A stretch of 36,637 bases of DNA, from the NCBI GenBank assembly GCA_964364975.1, contig CAYIOH010000001.1, positions 1 through 36,637 of the forward strand, written 5' to 3'. Numbering within the stretch: the first letter of the stretch is position 1; the number at the start of each line of letters is the position of its first letter. The notes beneath the pieces are model-generated. The model saw only the letters and a list, made by a program, of their open reading frames with translations. It was not told the DNA's origin and did not search any database. A program made the translations under genes and the position numbers. This DNA is from an uncultured Bifidobacteriaceae bacterium (GTDB lineage: Bacteria; Verrucomicrobiota; Verrucomicrobiia; Limisphaerales; JADLHS01). Of the stretch, positions 16,370 to 26,191 are shown piece by piece.

Positions 16370-17443
16370 CTACTCACGCAGCAGTTTCGCCTTCAGCCTC
16401 CGCACTTTTCTAAGCCCTAAGCGCAGCGGCCAGTCAACTGCCGTCCCTTCCACCAGGCTCTTGCAGCCTCGATACACTCTTCTGGCCATCAACGCCGCCG
16501 ACGGGAGTTCGATGCTTCCCTCGGCAACAGCGATGCCTCCACTACCAAGTCGCTGTTTATAGAGATCGTCTCCTTTGCCCAAGTCTATGCGCTCAATGCC
16601 GATCATAGGAGCCCGCTCGGCCATGCTGAGCAACAGGGCCAAACCCGGTGAATACTTGGCAAACTTCGGGTCGTAAGCCGGAAACCAGTAATGCCATACC
16701 GTTTGCGAACGCATTCCAAAATGAGCCGCGGCGAGCTCCCCATCGGCGTAGAGCAACGAGAGAACTCCCGAGAACGCCTTGCCCTGTGCCTTGAGAATCT
16801 GTTCCAACAGCCTGTTTGTCCAAGCATACAGAAAAATGTCGCAGAGGCCGGTTTCCGCATATTGCCTTCGCTTCCACTTTACCAAGGTGTGGAGGGCGGC
16901 AGAGTCGCTTGAGTGCAATTCGAAGCGCAGCGGTCCAAACTCCTTTTCAAACTTGCGGCGCAATGTCCCGAGTTTTTTGATCTGCTCTGAACCTGCCTCG
17001 CGCCGATGCCTGCAATAACCTTCATAACCCATGGAAAGATCCATGTATTTGGACTCCGCCACCCGCCGATGGAAGCCGCAGAAGATATCCTGCTGGTCCA
17101 GCAAATGGTCAAAGTCCCAAATCACCATACCGCACTGCCGCAGTAGTTCCTGTGCCTCAACCTTCACCCACGCCTTGGCCACCAGACCGTGAAAGTCCGT
17201 GAGCCACGCTCCAACAGGCTGGCCAACGCCCACATGGTTGCGCTGGAATGGGAAGAAACCAACCACCTCGCTCGCGTCCTGTAGCACCGCCACATAGACA
17301 TCATTCCTCACCGCTGATACGGCCGCCGTGAATTCCGGACGGAAGTAGGGACTCGCCAATGATGCATCCGACTGCTGGATGTTCGACCAGATTTCCTGCA
17401 GGTCAGGCGCGAGCCGTTCCGCTTTAATTACCGTGACCTTCAT
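16370..17443 (-). CDS. FemAB/CelD(BcsL)-like GNAT-fold acyltransferase
   Basis: The ORF is open to 17566. The ATG at 17443 follows a GGAAGG RBS-like element and avoids overlap with the upstream gene. LLYADGELAAAHFGMRS...WFPAYDPKFAKYSPGLALL...IDLGKGDDLYKQRL resembles CelD/FemAB-like acetyltransferases associated with EPS loci. Confidence 0.6.
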   Translation of the reverse strand: MKVTVIKAERLAPDLQEIWSNIQQSDASLASPYFRPEFTAAVSAVRNDVYVAVLQDASEVVGFFPFQRNHVGVGQPVGAWLTDFHGLVAKAWVKVEAQELLRQCGMVIWDFDHLLDQQDIFCGFHRRVAESKYMDLSMGYEGYCRHRREAGSEQIKKLGTLRRKFEKEFGPLRFELHSSDSAALHTLVKWKRRQYAETGLCDIFLYAWTNRLLEQILKAQGKAFSGVLSLLYADGELAAAHFGMRSQTVWHYWFPAYDPKFAKYSPGLALLLSMAERAPMIGIERIDLGKGDDLYKQRLGSGGIAVAEGSIELPSAALMARRVYRGCKSLVEGTAVDWPLRLGLRKVRRLKAKLLRE

Positions 17444-17471
17444 CCGCTGGGAACCTTCCACCGCCTGCGAA

Positions 17472-18758
17472 TCAGCAACTGATCTTTTCGCGAACAAGCC
17501 GATCGAAGAGGCCGGCATACTGCCGCGCGATCCCCCAAGAGGAATATTTTTCAAATGCGGCCGCATTTCGCTGCGGTATCAGAGCAATACCGCCGAATAG
17601 TATCTGACGCAGAGCCTCAGCTAACTCAGGCATGCGTGTCTCGGGGCCATGCCCTCCATCGTAAGTCACAATTCGGACACCACCAAGCTCGCGTGCCAAG
17701 ACGCAGACGGTGCTTGCCTCGTGAAAGAGAGCGAACATCGGTTTGCCTGAAAGCCAACAAGGAAACAGTTTCGACGCGGTGTAGTGACTGTCGGTGGACC
17801 CCAGCAGCAATAGCAAATCGGCAAGCTGCATGGTGCGCAGGGCATCCAAGTAGCCAATCCGCCTCGGTTCCAGCCGGACGCTCATGCTCAAACTGAAGGA
17901 GGCGGCCCATTGCATAATTCTGTGCGAATCGCGCCCGTCCGGCTGGGCGCTCGTGCCGATCAGATGGAGCTTCAACCGGAAACCCGAGTCGGCCAGCGCA
18001 AGACGAGCCATGGCGCCGAATAATGCGTTCAACGCTGGCAGCATTCGCTCGGTGATCGTGCCGAGGTAGGCAAGGTCCAAGACGCCGTTGGTCTTCTCAA
18101 TCCAACTCCGGCCCTTCTTGCGGGCTGTCTCGTGGTCACTTGCCTCGGCACCAATGGGAATGATCTCAACCGGCACACCATTCCGAAGCAAACGCCGCTG
18201 CCGCAAGGTGGCAAGCGTTTCGTCTGACACCGCTGTGAGAGCGTCCGCACGCGGCACTACGCCGGGTTCCAGCTTGCGTGCCAGCCAGTGCGCGAGGCCC
18301 GCCTTGCTCAAACGCGGTTGTCGCGCCCCCGCGTCGCTCACCCACGGGTCCTGATAATCGAGCACGAACGGGACGTTGAATTTCCGCTTCGCCCAGGCGC
18401 CCACCAGGCTCGTGTAGCCGGGCAGCACCGTCGCAAAAACCAGGGCCACTTCTCCGTCCGTGATCAACTCGCCCACGCGCCGCCGCAACGTCCACTGCCC
18501 GCGCAACGCAATGTCGCCGAAACCTAGTGCGCGGCAAATCCGCGCCGGCCACGCGCCCACGCGCTCCACGCGCAATCCCTCCGGCAACAGCGCCAGCGAC
18601 GCCGCATCGCCCGGTTCCTCGTAATGGCGCGGATGGACCGTGACCACGATGGGTTCCCAACCGAACTCCGCGAGGTGGCCGGCCATCAGACGTACGCGAT
18701 GCACGCCGGCCAGATTGCTCGGCGTGAAGTAAGGCGAAATCAGCAGCGCGCGCTTCAT
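17472..18758 (-). CDS. Glycosyltransferase (GT4-like/GT-B fold)
   Basis: 428 aa. MKRALLISPYFTPSNLAGVHRVRLMAGHLAEFGWEPIVVTV is a GT-B N-domain start. The C-domain is less canonical. Confidence 0.55.
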   Translation of the reverse strand: MKRALLISPYFTPSNLAGVHRVRLMAGHLAEFGWEPIVVTVHPRHYEEPGDAASLALLPEGLRVERVGAWPARICRALGFGDIALRGQWTLRRRVGELITDGEVALVFATVLPGYTSLVGAWAKRKFNVPFVLDYQDPWVSDAGARQPRLSKAGLAHWLARKLEPGVVPRADALTAVSDETLATLRQRRLLRNGVPVEIIPIGAEASDHETARKKGRSWIEKTNGVLDLAYLGTITERMLPALNALFGAMARLALADSGFRLKLHLIGTSAQPDGRDSHRIMQWAASFSLSMSVRLEPRRIGYLDALRTMQLADLLLLLGSTDSHYTASKLFPCWLSGKPMFALFHEASTVCVLARELGGVRIVTYDGGHGPETRMPELAEALRQILFGGIALIPQRNAAAFEKYSSWGIARQYAGLFDRLVREKISC

Positions 18759-18767
18759 TGCGCCTGA

Positions 18768-19595
18768 CTACATTGAACCCGAAAGCTCATCGGGCACAGC
18801 GAACAGGTTTTGCGCAGAGTGGTGCACGAAGTCCGGCCTGCCTGCCGCGTTCAGCTCGAAGACGCGATAATTGGCCCCAGCTAGGATGTCCGCTATCACC
18901 GAATCGAGCCTGCCTTCCAGGGATTCAAACATGATGAGTCTTGGCCGCTCCGCGCGAAGTAAAGCTGTGCTGCCGCGGAGCACTTCGACCTCGAAGTCTT
19001 CGACATCGATTTTGACGAGTCCGATGGACCGGTTCCGCCATAGGTCACGGAAGGAATCCAGCGGGAGGACCTGCGTTTCGATGTCATCGTCCGCCCTGAC
19101 TTGGTGAAGTGCGTTCGTCGTCTCCGGCCGGGATGTATTGCGGATGAACAGACGGCCTTCAGTGGCGCCGAGGGCCACGGGATAGAGTTGGTTCGTGGGC
19201 CAGCCATTGAATTCCCAGTTTCCCTTCAACCTGGCGAACGTCACGGGCGTCGGTTCAAAAGCAAATAGATTCTCGGGGCCAGCAACATCAGCGAGCAGAA
19301 GCAAGATGTGTCCTACGTTAGCTCCCACATCGATGATCACGTCATTCTTGCGAAGCCTCCGTCGGATGAACGTCAGTTCACGATGCTCCGGCCAGTCCGC
19401 GTAGATCAGAGCCGAAGAAACCACACAGTCTGCGTAGGCCACCAGCTTCGCGCCACTCGCGAGCAGAAGAGGCCGGGACCGTTTGACCAGCCGCTTGAAC
19501 AACTGCCAGCGAACCGCAGCCAGGGTCCGCGCCAGTCGTTGCCCCCGATTTCCAGGATTGCGCCAGATCGAGTTGAGGATGATGTGGATGCTCAT
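18768..19595 (-). CDS. FkbM family methyltransferase
   Basis: 275 aa. VIIDVGANVGHILLLLA...FAFEPTPVTFARLKGN...IGLVKIDVEDFEVEVLRG is the FkbM-family signature. Confidence 0.8.
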   Translation of the reverse strand: MSIHIILNSIWRNPGNRGQRLARTLAAVRWQLFKRLVKRSRPLLLASGAKLVAYADCVVSSALIYADWPEHRELTFIRRRLRKNDVIIDVGANVGHILLLLADVAGPENLFAFEPTPVTFARLKGNWEFNGWPTNQLYPVALGATEGRLFIRNTSRPETTNALHQVRADDDIETQVLPLDSFRDLWRNRSIGLVKIDVEDFEVEVLRGSTALLRAERPRLIMFESLEGRLDSVIADILAGANYRVFELNAAGRPDFVHHSAQNLFAVPDELSGSM

Positions 19596-19613
19596 GAAGT
19601 AGAACGGTGACCT

Positions 19614-20372
19614 TCAACTTGCCGACTGAAGTCCCCGCCATGCCTTGTAGCGAAGGTAGAGCCGCGACAGCTTCAGCCGGAAGCGCTGCGGCGTGTCGTC
19701 GGCATGGATGTAAACGCGCCGCATGGCGAAGCGATTGGCCGTGACCGAAGGCGTGTCGGAGAATATGGACGTGGCGCCGCGATACCCCGCCTCTTCCAGC
19801 AGCGGGAAACAGCGCGCCGCATATTCACCGTATGGATAGGCAAAGAAATCCGACGCCAGACCCAGTGCCTTCAGCCACTCACGGGAGCGGGCGACCTCTT
19901 CGCGGGCTTCTGTCTCATTGCACTTCGGCAACTGGCGATGCGCCCACCCGTGCGAGCCAACTTCAATGCCCTCGGCGGCGACTTGCTGCAGCTCCTGCTC
20001 GTTCATGATCCGGCGTTCGGGGAACCCGCGTTCCAGATCCCACCGGTTGACGCCTCCGATTTCGCCTGCAGGCACGAATATTGTCGAAGTCATGCCGCGC
20101 TTTAGTAGCGCTGGCAAGCCAAGTTCCAGAAAGCTGCAAAAGCCGTCGTCGAAGCTGATCACGATGGAGCGTGCTGGCGTAGGCTTCCCGTTTTCCAGCG
20201 CGTCGAAGAGCGCCGCGAAATGGATTGTGCTGAACCCAAGCTGGCGAATCAAATCAAGCTGTGCCTCGAACTGGCGGATGCAAATCTCGTACGCGCCAAG
20301 ATTCGGCTGATCGTCCGGAATCAAGTGGTGATAAAGCAGGATCGGAACGTCGATGCTGGTCAGTGCTGCCAT
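19614..20372 (-). CDS. Polysaccharide deacetylase (CE4 family)
   Basis: 252 aa. PILLYHHL, VISFDDGFCSF (NodB motif 1), GIEVGSHGWAHRQL (motif 2). Confidence 0.85.
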   Translation of the reverse strand: MAALTSIDVPILLYHHLIPDDQPNLGAYEICIRQFEAQLDLIRQLGFSTIHFAALFDALENGKPTPARSIVISFDDGFCSFLELGLPALLKRGMTSTIFVPAGEIGGVNRWDLERGFPERRIMNEQELQQVAAEGIEVGSHGWAHRQLPKCNETEAREEVARSREWLKALGLASDFFAYPYGEYAARCFPLLEEAGYRGATSIFSDTPSVTANRFAMRRVYIHADDTPQRFRLKLSRLYLRYKAWRGLQSAS

Positions 20373-20472
20373 CGCAGTTGAATGGACCTGTCAGCCTGCA
20401 GACGCTGCGGAAAAGAAAGCGTCACCAGTTTGCCAGTATCGGTGCTTTGCGTCACGCAGAACTCTTCCACCC

Positions 20473-21522
20473 TCAGGACACTCCTCCAATCTTCCCGCCT
20501 TGATCGGCTCGTTGAAGGAACAGGACCAGAGATTCCCCTACGACGGCCTCCAACCTTACTGGCCCGGTTGTCGCGTTCCACCCGCCCGCCTGCCGCTGGA
20601 AGTGCTTCGGTGCTTGCATAAGGGTGAAGGGGCCAAAATGCACGCCTTGAAACTCAATCAAGTGATAATTGGAACCATCAAGACAAATGTCGAATGACAT
20701 GTATGGCTCGTCGAACTGACGAAGAAGTTCGCTCGCGAAGTCGAGCAACCCGTTTGGCGGCTCATCAAAGCGAAACCGCCCGCTCCCGCTGGCCCGGAAG
20801 TCCTGCGGTCGCACCTCTCGTTTGAGGACAAACATGCGGTTCTGAAATGCCAAAACCTTGAAGTCCTGACTCAATCCCGGAATGTAATTTTGCAGCACGA
20901 AACGCTTCAACGGTTCGTAATAATCACCGTAGGGCCTCAGATTCTTCCGGCGGAAGATGTGCTTGCGAACGATATATCCAAGGCATGTCTTGAGTGCTTT
21001 GGCTGCTTCGCGCCAGGTCAGCCGCCACTCAGCGGCGCTGGCTTCAAGCAATTCACTTTCCGAATGAACCAGCCGTACGCCACTGCTTCCGAAGCCACAT
21101 ACCTCCTTGAAAACGATGGGGTAGGCAATCTCCGTCCGATCAATCTCGGTCAGTTTCCCCACGTAAAAGCCCTTCGGCGATTGAACTCCGCGCAATTTCT
21201 TATGCAACTCTTGATACCCTTTGTTCTCATGTGAGCGGGTGGCGTGAATGGAGGGAACCAGCAGATTGCCGTTCGAAAGCAGAAAGAGCAGGAGGTCATC
21301 AATGAAAACCTTGTACTCGGGCTGTTGCGAACTCGAATGAATGACAATCGAGTCTTTTGGCCGGACCGCGCCGTTTGCAATCTCGGAGTACGTCGCGCGT
21401 ACCACCGAAAAATGCTCCGACAGGATTCGCACCAACGCATCCACATCCATGCTCTCCCACGGCATTAGTCGTTGCCCGAAGAAGCCATTCGATTCGGTAA
21501 GGAGGTAAACCTCTGGTTTCAA
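20473..21522 (-). CDS. ATP-grasp fold protein (putative ligase for glycan decoration)
   Basis: The ORF is open to 21636 (TTG). I prefer the TTG at 21522, preceded by AGGGGA. VFKEVCGFGSSGVRLV, QNYIPGLSQDFKVLAF and SFDICLDGSNYHLIEFQ resemble ATP-grasp B/C subdomains. Start and function are both tentative. Confidence 0.5.
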   Translation of the reverse strand: MKPEVYLLTESNGFFGQRLMPWESMDVDALVRILSEHFSVVRATYSEIANGAVRPKDSIVIHSSSQQPEYKVFIDDLLLFLLSNGNLLVPSIHATRSHENKGYQELHKKLRGVQSPKGFYVGKLTEIDRTEIAYPIVFKEVCGFGSSGVRLVHSESELLEASAAEWRLTWREAAKALKTCLGYIVRKHIFRRKNLRPYGDYYEPLKRFVLQNYIPGLSQDFKVLAFQNRMFVLKREVRPQDFRASGSGRFRFDEPPNGLLDFASELLRQFDEPYMSFDICLDGSNYHLIEFQGVHFGPFTLMQAPKHFQRQAGGWNATTGPVRLEAVVGESLVLFLQRADQGGKIGGVS

Positions 21523-21590
21523 AGTGTTCCCCTGATTCGCGGCGGATCTGATCGCCAACCGGGAAAAGAATAAGACAAGACAGCGCGCCT

Positions 21591-22685
21591 TCAGCCCTTG
21601 GCCGCGCGCCAAAAAGCGCGCGTAGCCGCCCAACAAAACAAACGGCCAGCCCGCAATGCCCTTGCTCGTCCGAAGCCTGCGAGTTTTTGGAGTTCATGCG
21701 CGGCGGCATCCAGACGCAATTGGTCGGAGAAATACCGCAAATACTCGTATCGCAGCTTTGCCTCCGACCATTGACGAGCCGGCGCGGACAGTTCTCCGTG
21801 GTCATTCTTGATTACTTCCAGCAGTGCCTTTGCCCGATGGTCATAGGTGTGCTCTTTAAGCACCTTTTGCCGGGCTGCCGTCGCGATACGGCACCGATCC
21901 TCTTCCCGCGCCAGGAAACTTGCTACGAGATTCTCGATGTCATTTTCGCTCCGGTAACCAACGAAATGTTCGCCTTCGACAAAGCCCAAGGGGGTCAACT
22001 CAGTTGGGACTCTGGTCACCAGCAAGGCCCCTGCCGCCATTGCCTCGAACGTGCGCAGGCTCGCGTCCAGCGGATGATCATCCCGGTTGACGTTCACAAC
22101 GATTTTCGACGACCGGTAAGCTCTCGCCATTTCCTCACGATTATGCCATCGGCTCCATTCATTCGTTCGAAACCGGGCCGCCAATTTAGGAATGATCCTG
22201 CGTCTCGACTCATAAAACCCTTGTTTCATTGATCCGACCCAACCCACTTCGTAAATTCGCTCGCAATCAGGTCCAGCAAAGAGCCTTTGATCTACGGCAT
22301 GCGGCAACAAAAACACTCGCGGGTGGCCGGCGCGCCGAAAGCCGTTCTCAAAGCCTGGATGAAATACGAACGCGTAGTCGAAAAACATCGCCAATCTTGT
22401 GCGCTCCCGCGTTCCAAAGAACGTATCAATGTGGAAATAGGCCGTTGGAAACGGCGCCTGCGCAAATCCCCAAGGCAGAAACCCCGAAGGGGCGGGGTGC
22501 ATTATCAGGTCCGGCTTGAACGAAGATTCCTTCAAGAAAGCCAGCAGATCGCCATCAGGTTCGCCGTGTTCTAGCTGAGCGAACTCGCAAATCATCACCT
22601 CCGCACACCTTTCGAGCGCCTGATAATAACCAAGCTGCTCGCCCCCCAGTGGCTGGCCATCGGAGAGGAATAGCACCCTGTTCAC
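21591..22685 (-). CDS. CgeB-like glycosyltransferase (DUF3880 + Glyco_trans_1_2 type)
   Basis: 364 aa with a GTG start overlapping the upstream stop (GTGA). KIVVNVNRDDHPLDASLRTFEAMAAGALLVT...EGEHFVGY...ARQKVLKEHTYDHRAKALLE is typical of CgeB-family proteins. Confidence 0.6.
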   Translation of the reverse strand: MNRVLFLSDGQPLGGEQLGYYQALERCAEVMICEFAQLEHGEPDGDLLAFLKESSFKPDLIMHPAPSGFLPWGFAQAPFPTAYFHIDTFFGTRERTRLAMFFDYAFVFHPGFENGFRRAGHPRVFLLPHAVDQRLFAGPDCERIYEVGWVGSMKQGFYESRRRIIPKLAARFRTNEWSRWHNREEMARAYRSSKIVVNVNRDDHPLDASLRTFEAMAAGALLVTRVPTELTPLGFVEGEHFVGYRSENDIENLVASFLAREEDRCRIATAARQKVLKEHTYDHRAKALLEVIKNDHGELSAPARQWSEAKLRYEYLRYFSDQLRLDAAAHELQKLAGFGRARALRAGRLFCWAATRAFWRAAKG

Positions 22686-23563
22686 GATCCTGCCCGCTTT
22701 CGCCCTATGCCCAAACTTCGTCTAAGAGGGCGATTCCAATCTACAAGCCAACGGCGCGCCATCTCCCCTCGGCGCTGAAAATAACGCAGGCTCAGGTTTC
22801 TCCGAATGCCCGACGGCGTTAGCCGATAGGTTGCGTCCTCGATCGTATAGCAATGTCGCCATCCACCGGCCAGTCGGCTGTTGTTCTGCCCTTCCTTAAC
22901 TCGACTGGCGGCCATCTCGCCTCCCGGAACATGTGAATAATCATGATTCTGGTGAACAGCCATCACGCTGGCGGAAGCATCCACAATGGGAGCTTTAAGC
23001 CTGGCGGTTTGCCAAATCAACCAGTTGTCGTAGAACGGTCGCCCAATGGCAAAAGCCGGAAGATTTTGATAAAGACCTTTCGGGAATACAAAGTAATCAA
23101 TCCAAGTTGGCAGTTGTTGTTTGCCGCAATCTTGCACTGTCGTTTTCAAGTTCTCGCGCCACTGCGGATCCCGAAACTCCAAAGGTTGAGTAATGCCGAC
23201 ATCCCAGCGCCGGCCAACCATCAGGAACTGCTGGCGCCAGACTGATACTGTTCGCACGGCTGACATGAAATCTTCCATCAGGACGATGTCAGCATTGATG
23301 AAGCACACATGTTGATGGGTGGCCATCCGGGAGGCCATTTGAAAAATATTGTTCAACAACGGGGTGCCATGCTCATTGCGGGCCATTTCTGGCGAATGCC
23401 GCAATCCCAATTCATTGCAGATGTCAGATGTGCCCTCTTCCTCGCCGAAGATGATGATTTCGGGTCTCGGTTGGAGGAGGGTCCAACTCGTGATCGCATT
23501 TCGCTGGATGGTGGCGATATGCGGATTCGTAAAAGGCTTGGGGCACGCGAAGATGGAGATCAT
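22682..23563 (-). CDS. Conserved hypothetical protein (possible GT-A-fold transferase)
   Basis: The ORF is open to 23665. The ATG at 23563 (MISIFACPKPF...IQRNAITSW...FINADIVL) matches how similar uncharacterised proteins start, as I recall. No catalytic motif was confidently assigned. Confidence 0.45.
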   Translation of the reverse strand: MISIFACPKPFTNPHIATIQRNAITSWTLLQPRPEIIIFGEEEGTSDICNELGLRHSPEMARNEHGTPLLNNIFQMASRMATHQHVCFINADIVLMEDFMSAVRTVSVWRQQFLMVGRRWDVGITQPLEFRDPQWRENLKTTVQDCGKQQLPTWIDYFVFPKGLYQNLPAFAIGRPFYDNWLIWQTARLKAPIVDASASVMAVHQNHDYSHVPGGEMAASRVKEGQNNSRLAGGWRHCYTIEDATYRLTPSGIRRNLSLRYFQRRGEMARRWLVDWNRPLRRSLGIGRKRAGS

Positions 23564-23635
23564 ATCAACTAAGGTGGACTTCTTCCAGACGATTGAGGAA
23601 TCCGGCTCCGGTCGTATCTCAATTACACAAGGACA

Positions 23636-23725
23636 CCTCCGGAAACTCCATTTTTTGAAAACCAAACACGCACAAAGGCCAATGAAATCATGTTTGTATC
23701 TTCATGGAATTGGAGTTTCCGGAGG
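23636..23725. repeat. Perfect 15-bp inverted repeat with 60-nt spacer in a low-GC intergenic region
   Basis: CCTCCGGAAACTCCA (23636-23650) and TGGAGTTTCCGGAGG (23711-23725). Lies between the GT9 stop (23740) and the proposed start of the next gene (23563). Confidence 0.8.
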
Positions 23726-23739
23726 TACCCACAACATCG

Positions 23740-24981
23740 TTAGGACAGTAATCCTCGCGCTGCTGCTTCAGCTTGTTCTACCGTGATGTCCAGTATGCAG
23801 TGGGCGCACCCAGCCGTACACTCCCGCATGCACGGCAGGCGTCCCGTCTTAGGGCGAAGCACAATGTGATCAACGCCCCAAGGTCGGAATCTCTCAGCAG
23901 AGTTAGCACTCCAAGCCCCCGACTCAGCGTGACAGCAAAACTCTAGGACTGGAACTCCACCCGCCGCAGCAAGATGCATCGGTCCACTGTCGTTGCCTAC
24001 AAAAAGCTTCGAGTGCCTCAGCAAGGCAGCGGTTCCTCGTAATGTAGCGCGTCCAACGGCATTGACGACTGCCGCCCCCAAGTTCTTTTCCAGTTTCAAG
24101 CCATATTCTTCCTCGCCAGGACCGCCCACAGCTAGAAGCCGACAGTTGTATCGCTCAAGCAGGCGCGCGCCTAACAGAACAAACCTTTCTATCGGCCAGC
24201 ACTTCCAGAAACAGCCGGCCCCTGGTGCCAATGCGATCAGCATATCATTGTGTTCGATACCTGCCCGAGATAAAAAGGTCCGGGCAAAGTCCTCGTCCCT
24301 CTCATCAAGCCACAGTTCTAAGTTGTCACTACCGACTTTCCCACCCAGAAACCGAACCAAATCCAGGTTGTGTTCGACTTCGTGTTTTCGGTCTTCCCCA
24401 AGAATCTGATGCGTGACTAGCCCGTCCAATCCTGATCCACAGGAAGCACCTTCTGAAAAGCGCCTTTGGGCATAAGCCGCGCGGCTAGGAGAGCCACTCA
24501 AATACATCAGGGAAATCGCATGATAACGATCAATACCCCATCGGGGGCATATCGCCAAATCAAACTTCCTTCGCCAAAGGCGATTCCCACAAAGACCCAA
24601 CGCGCGCAGATGCCGCGTTAACTGCGATGGAGGCCGGGGAGTATCTGGATCAAACGTTAGGACTTCATTTACGTAAGGGCAGTGTTCCACCAAGTTGTAG
24701 CAAACGGGCTTGACGACGAGCGTTATCCAAGCTTGCGGCACCGAGTGCCGCAACTCCCGCAACAACGGACTCGTCAGCACTAGGTCCCCAATATCATCCA
24801 GGCGAACCACAAGCACGCTCTTCGCTTGCTCCAGCCTCACCGCACCTTCTCGACCCCGCCGACAGGCAAGCCAGAAAAATGGCTCGGCGAGCCGTCTCAC
24901 AAACGTGGGGGATGTCGCTCGGGACGCGAGTCGGCGTGCTACAGGTATGATCGTCTCAACGGCTATTGACCCAAGAGTCAT
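23740..24981 (-). CDS. Glycosyltransferase family 9 (heptosyltransferase-like)
   Basis: The ORF is open to 25233, but the ATG at 24981 overlaps the upstream stop (ATGA). VLVVRLDDIGDLVLTSPLLRELR, IALAPGAG...KCWPIERF and LFVGNDSGPMHLAAAGGVPVL are GT9 hallmarks. Confidence 0.8.
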   Translation of the reverse strand: MTLGSIAVETIIPVARRLASRATSPTFVRRLAEPFFWLACRRGREGAVRLEQAKSVLVVRLDDIGDLVLTSPLLRELRHSVPQAWITLVVKPVCYNLVEHCPYVNEVLTFDPDTPRPPSQLTRHLRALGLCGNRLWRRKFDLAICPRWGIDRYHAISLMYLSGSPSRAAYAQRRFSEGASCGSGLDGLVTHQILGEDRKHEVEHNLDLVRFLGGKVGSDNLELWLDERDEDFARTFLSRAGIEHNDMLIALAPGAGCFWKCWPIERFVLLGARLLERYNCRLLAVGGPGEEEYGLKLEKNLGAAVVNAVGRATLRGTAALLRHSKLFVGNDSGPMHLAAAGGVPVLEFCCHAESGAWSANSAERFRPWGVDHIVLRPKTGRLPCMRECTAGCAHCILDITVEQAEAAARGLLS

Positions 24982-26099
24982 AGTGCATTCTCGACAACTT
25001 CGAGATATCGCTTCCAAGTATCCTCGCGCAGGCTCAACAGTCGCTCTCGCTCGCTCTCCTGATTGTCGAGCAGACAGTGCAGTTTGTCTTCCACGCCCCC
25101 TACTGTCGCGTCTTTGACATAGAAAACCGGTAATCCCACCGCTTCGACCATCAGCATTCGGGTGTCGGTTCCTACGCTCACCGACGGGATACCGATGCCC
25201 GCCATCGCCACGGCTGCGTGCAGGCGATTGCATATACCGACTTTTGCGCGCGCGACGATTGAAAAATACTCCTGCGAATTCTTCGGCAGAACCCGCGGTA
25301 TGTCACCATTCAGCGCCGAGGCTATTGCATATTCCTTTTGATCATGACACACAAAAAGCAATCTGTGGTTTTGGCGCAGGCTTGCGATCAGATTTCGCGC
25401 TGTACTTCTCCAAGCATTGGGATTAATACTCTGGCCAAAGTCGTAATGTCCCCCTCCCTCCATATAGTTTATCACCACGAGATCCCTGTCAGCACTTCCA
25501 TTGGTGAGTGCTTTTCCGGCAAGGAACGCGGGACAAGGGATAAGCGGACACGAGTGTTCCAAGAATTCAAAAAGACGTTTGGCAAGGCGGTCCCGTGCCG
25601 TGGTAGCTCGGCAATACGCCAAAATTCTCCCCAGATAAAGGGCGTCGTTCTCATTCTCGATGCGCTCGGGCTGTGCTTCCCAAGGAAAACAGGCGCCTGC
25701 ACCCAGATTCAAAACCGGGATGCCCTTATTGCTCAGGCGTCCAACAACGTGATGCCACAGCGGCTCAGCCCACTCGCAGCGCCAGCAGCCGAACCAAGCC
25801 ACTGGGGTGCCACACTGAACAATCAGATCGCAGGTTTCAAAGTGGCTGAACCTCAGGCCAGACGCTGCGCGTTCGATCAATTGAAACACATGCTGGCGAC
25901 CTCTTGGTAAGTAGCGCGCCAGTTGTGCAACCTGCACTGGGTGCCGGTGCGGGTAAACCGTTAGAGGTCGATGTTTGTTAATTGGAACGAACGTTACTAC
26001 TTGTTTCGAAAAAACATGCCTCAACAAAGAGCAGATGCCTTCCCGAATGAAGTCGTCACCGATATTGGTGTTCAACGTCGTAATTAAGCCAACGCGCAT
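24978..26099 (-). CDS. Polysaccharide pyruvyl transferase family protein
   Basis: 373 aa. MRVGLITTLNTNIGDDFI N-terminus and ICNRLHAAVAMAGIGIPSVSVGTDTR near the C-terminus are typical of CsaB/WcaK-type pyruvyl transferases. Confidence 0.7.
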   Translation of the reverse strand: MRVGLITTLNTNIGDDFIREGICSLLRHVFSKQVVTFVPINKHRPLTVYPHRHPVQVAQLARYLPRGRQHVFQLIERAASGLRFSHFETCDLIVQCGTPVAWFGCWRCEWAEPLWHHVVGRLSNKGIPVLNLGAGACFPWEAQPERIENENDALYLGRILAYCRATTARDRLAKRLFEFLEHSCPLIPCPAFLAGKALTNGSADRDLVVINYMEGGGHYDFGQSINPNAWRSTARNLIASLRQNHRLLFVCHDQKEYAIASALNGDIPRVLPKNSQEYFSIVARAKVGICNRLHAAVAMAGIGIPSVSVGTDTRMLMVEAVGLPVFYVKDATVGGVEDKLHCLLDNQESERERLLSLREDTWKRYLEVVENAL

Positions 26100-26191
26100 A
26101 GCATCTTCATCGGAGAAGGTCGGTTAGCCGCAACCGTCCCACTTCACTACTGAGCAGCCCCAACCGCAGCGGATTATTGGCCGAAGCTATT

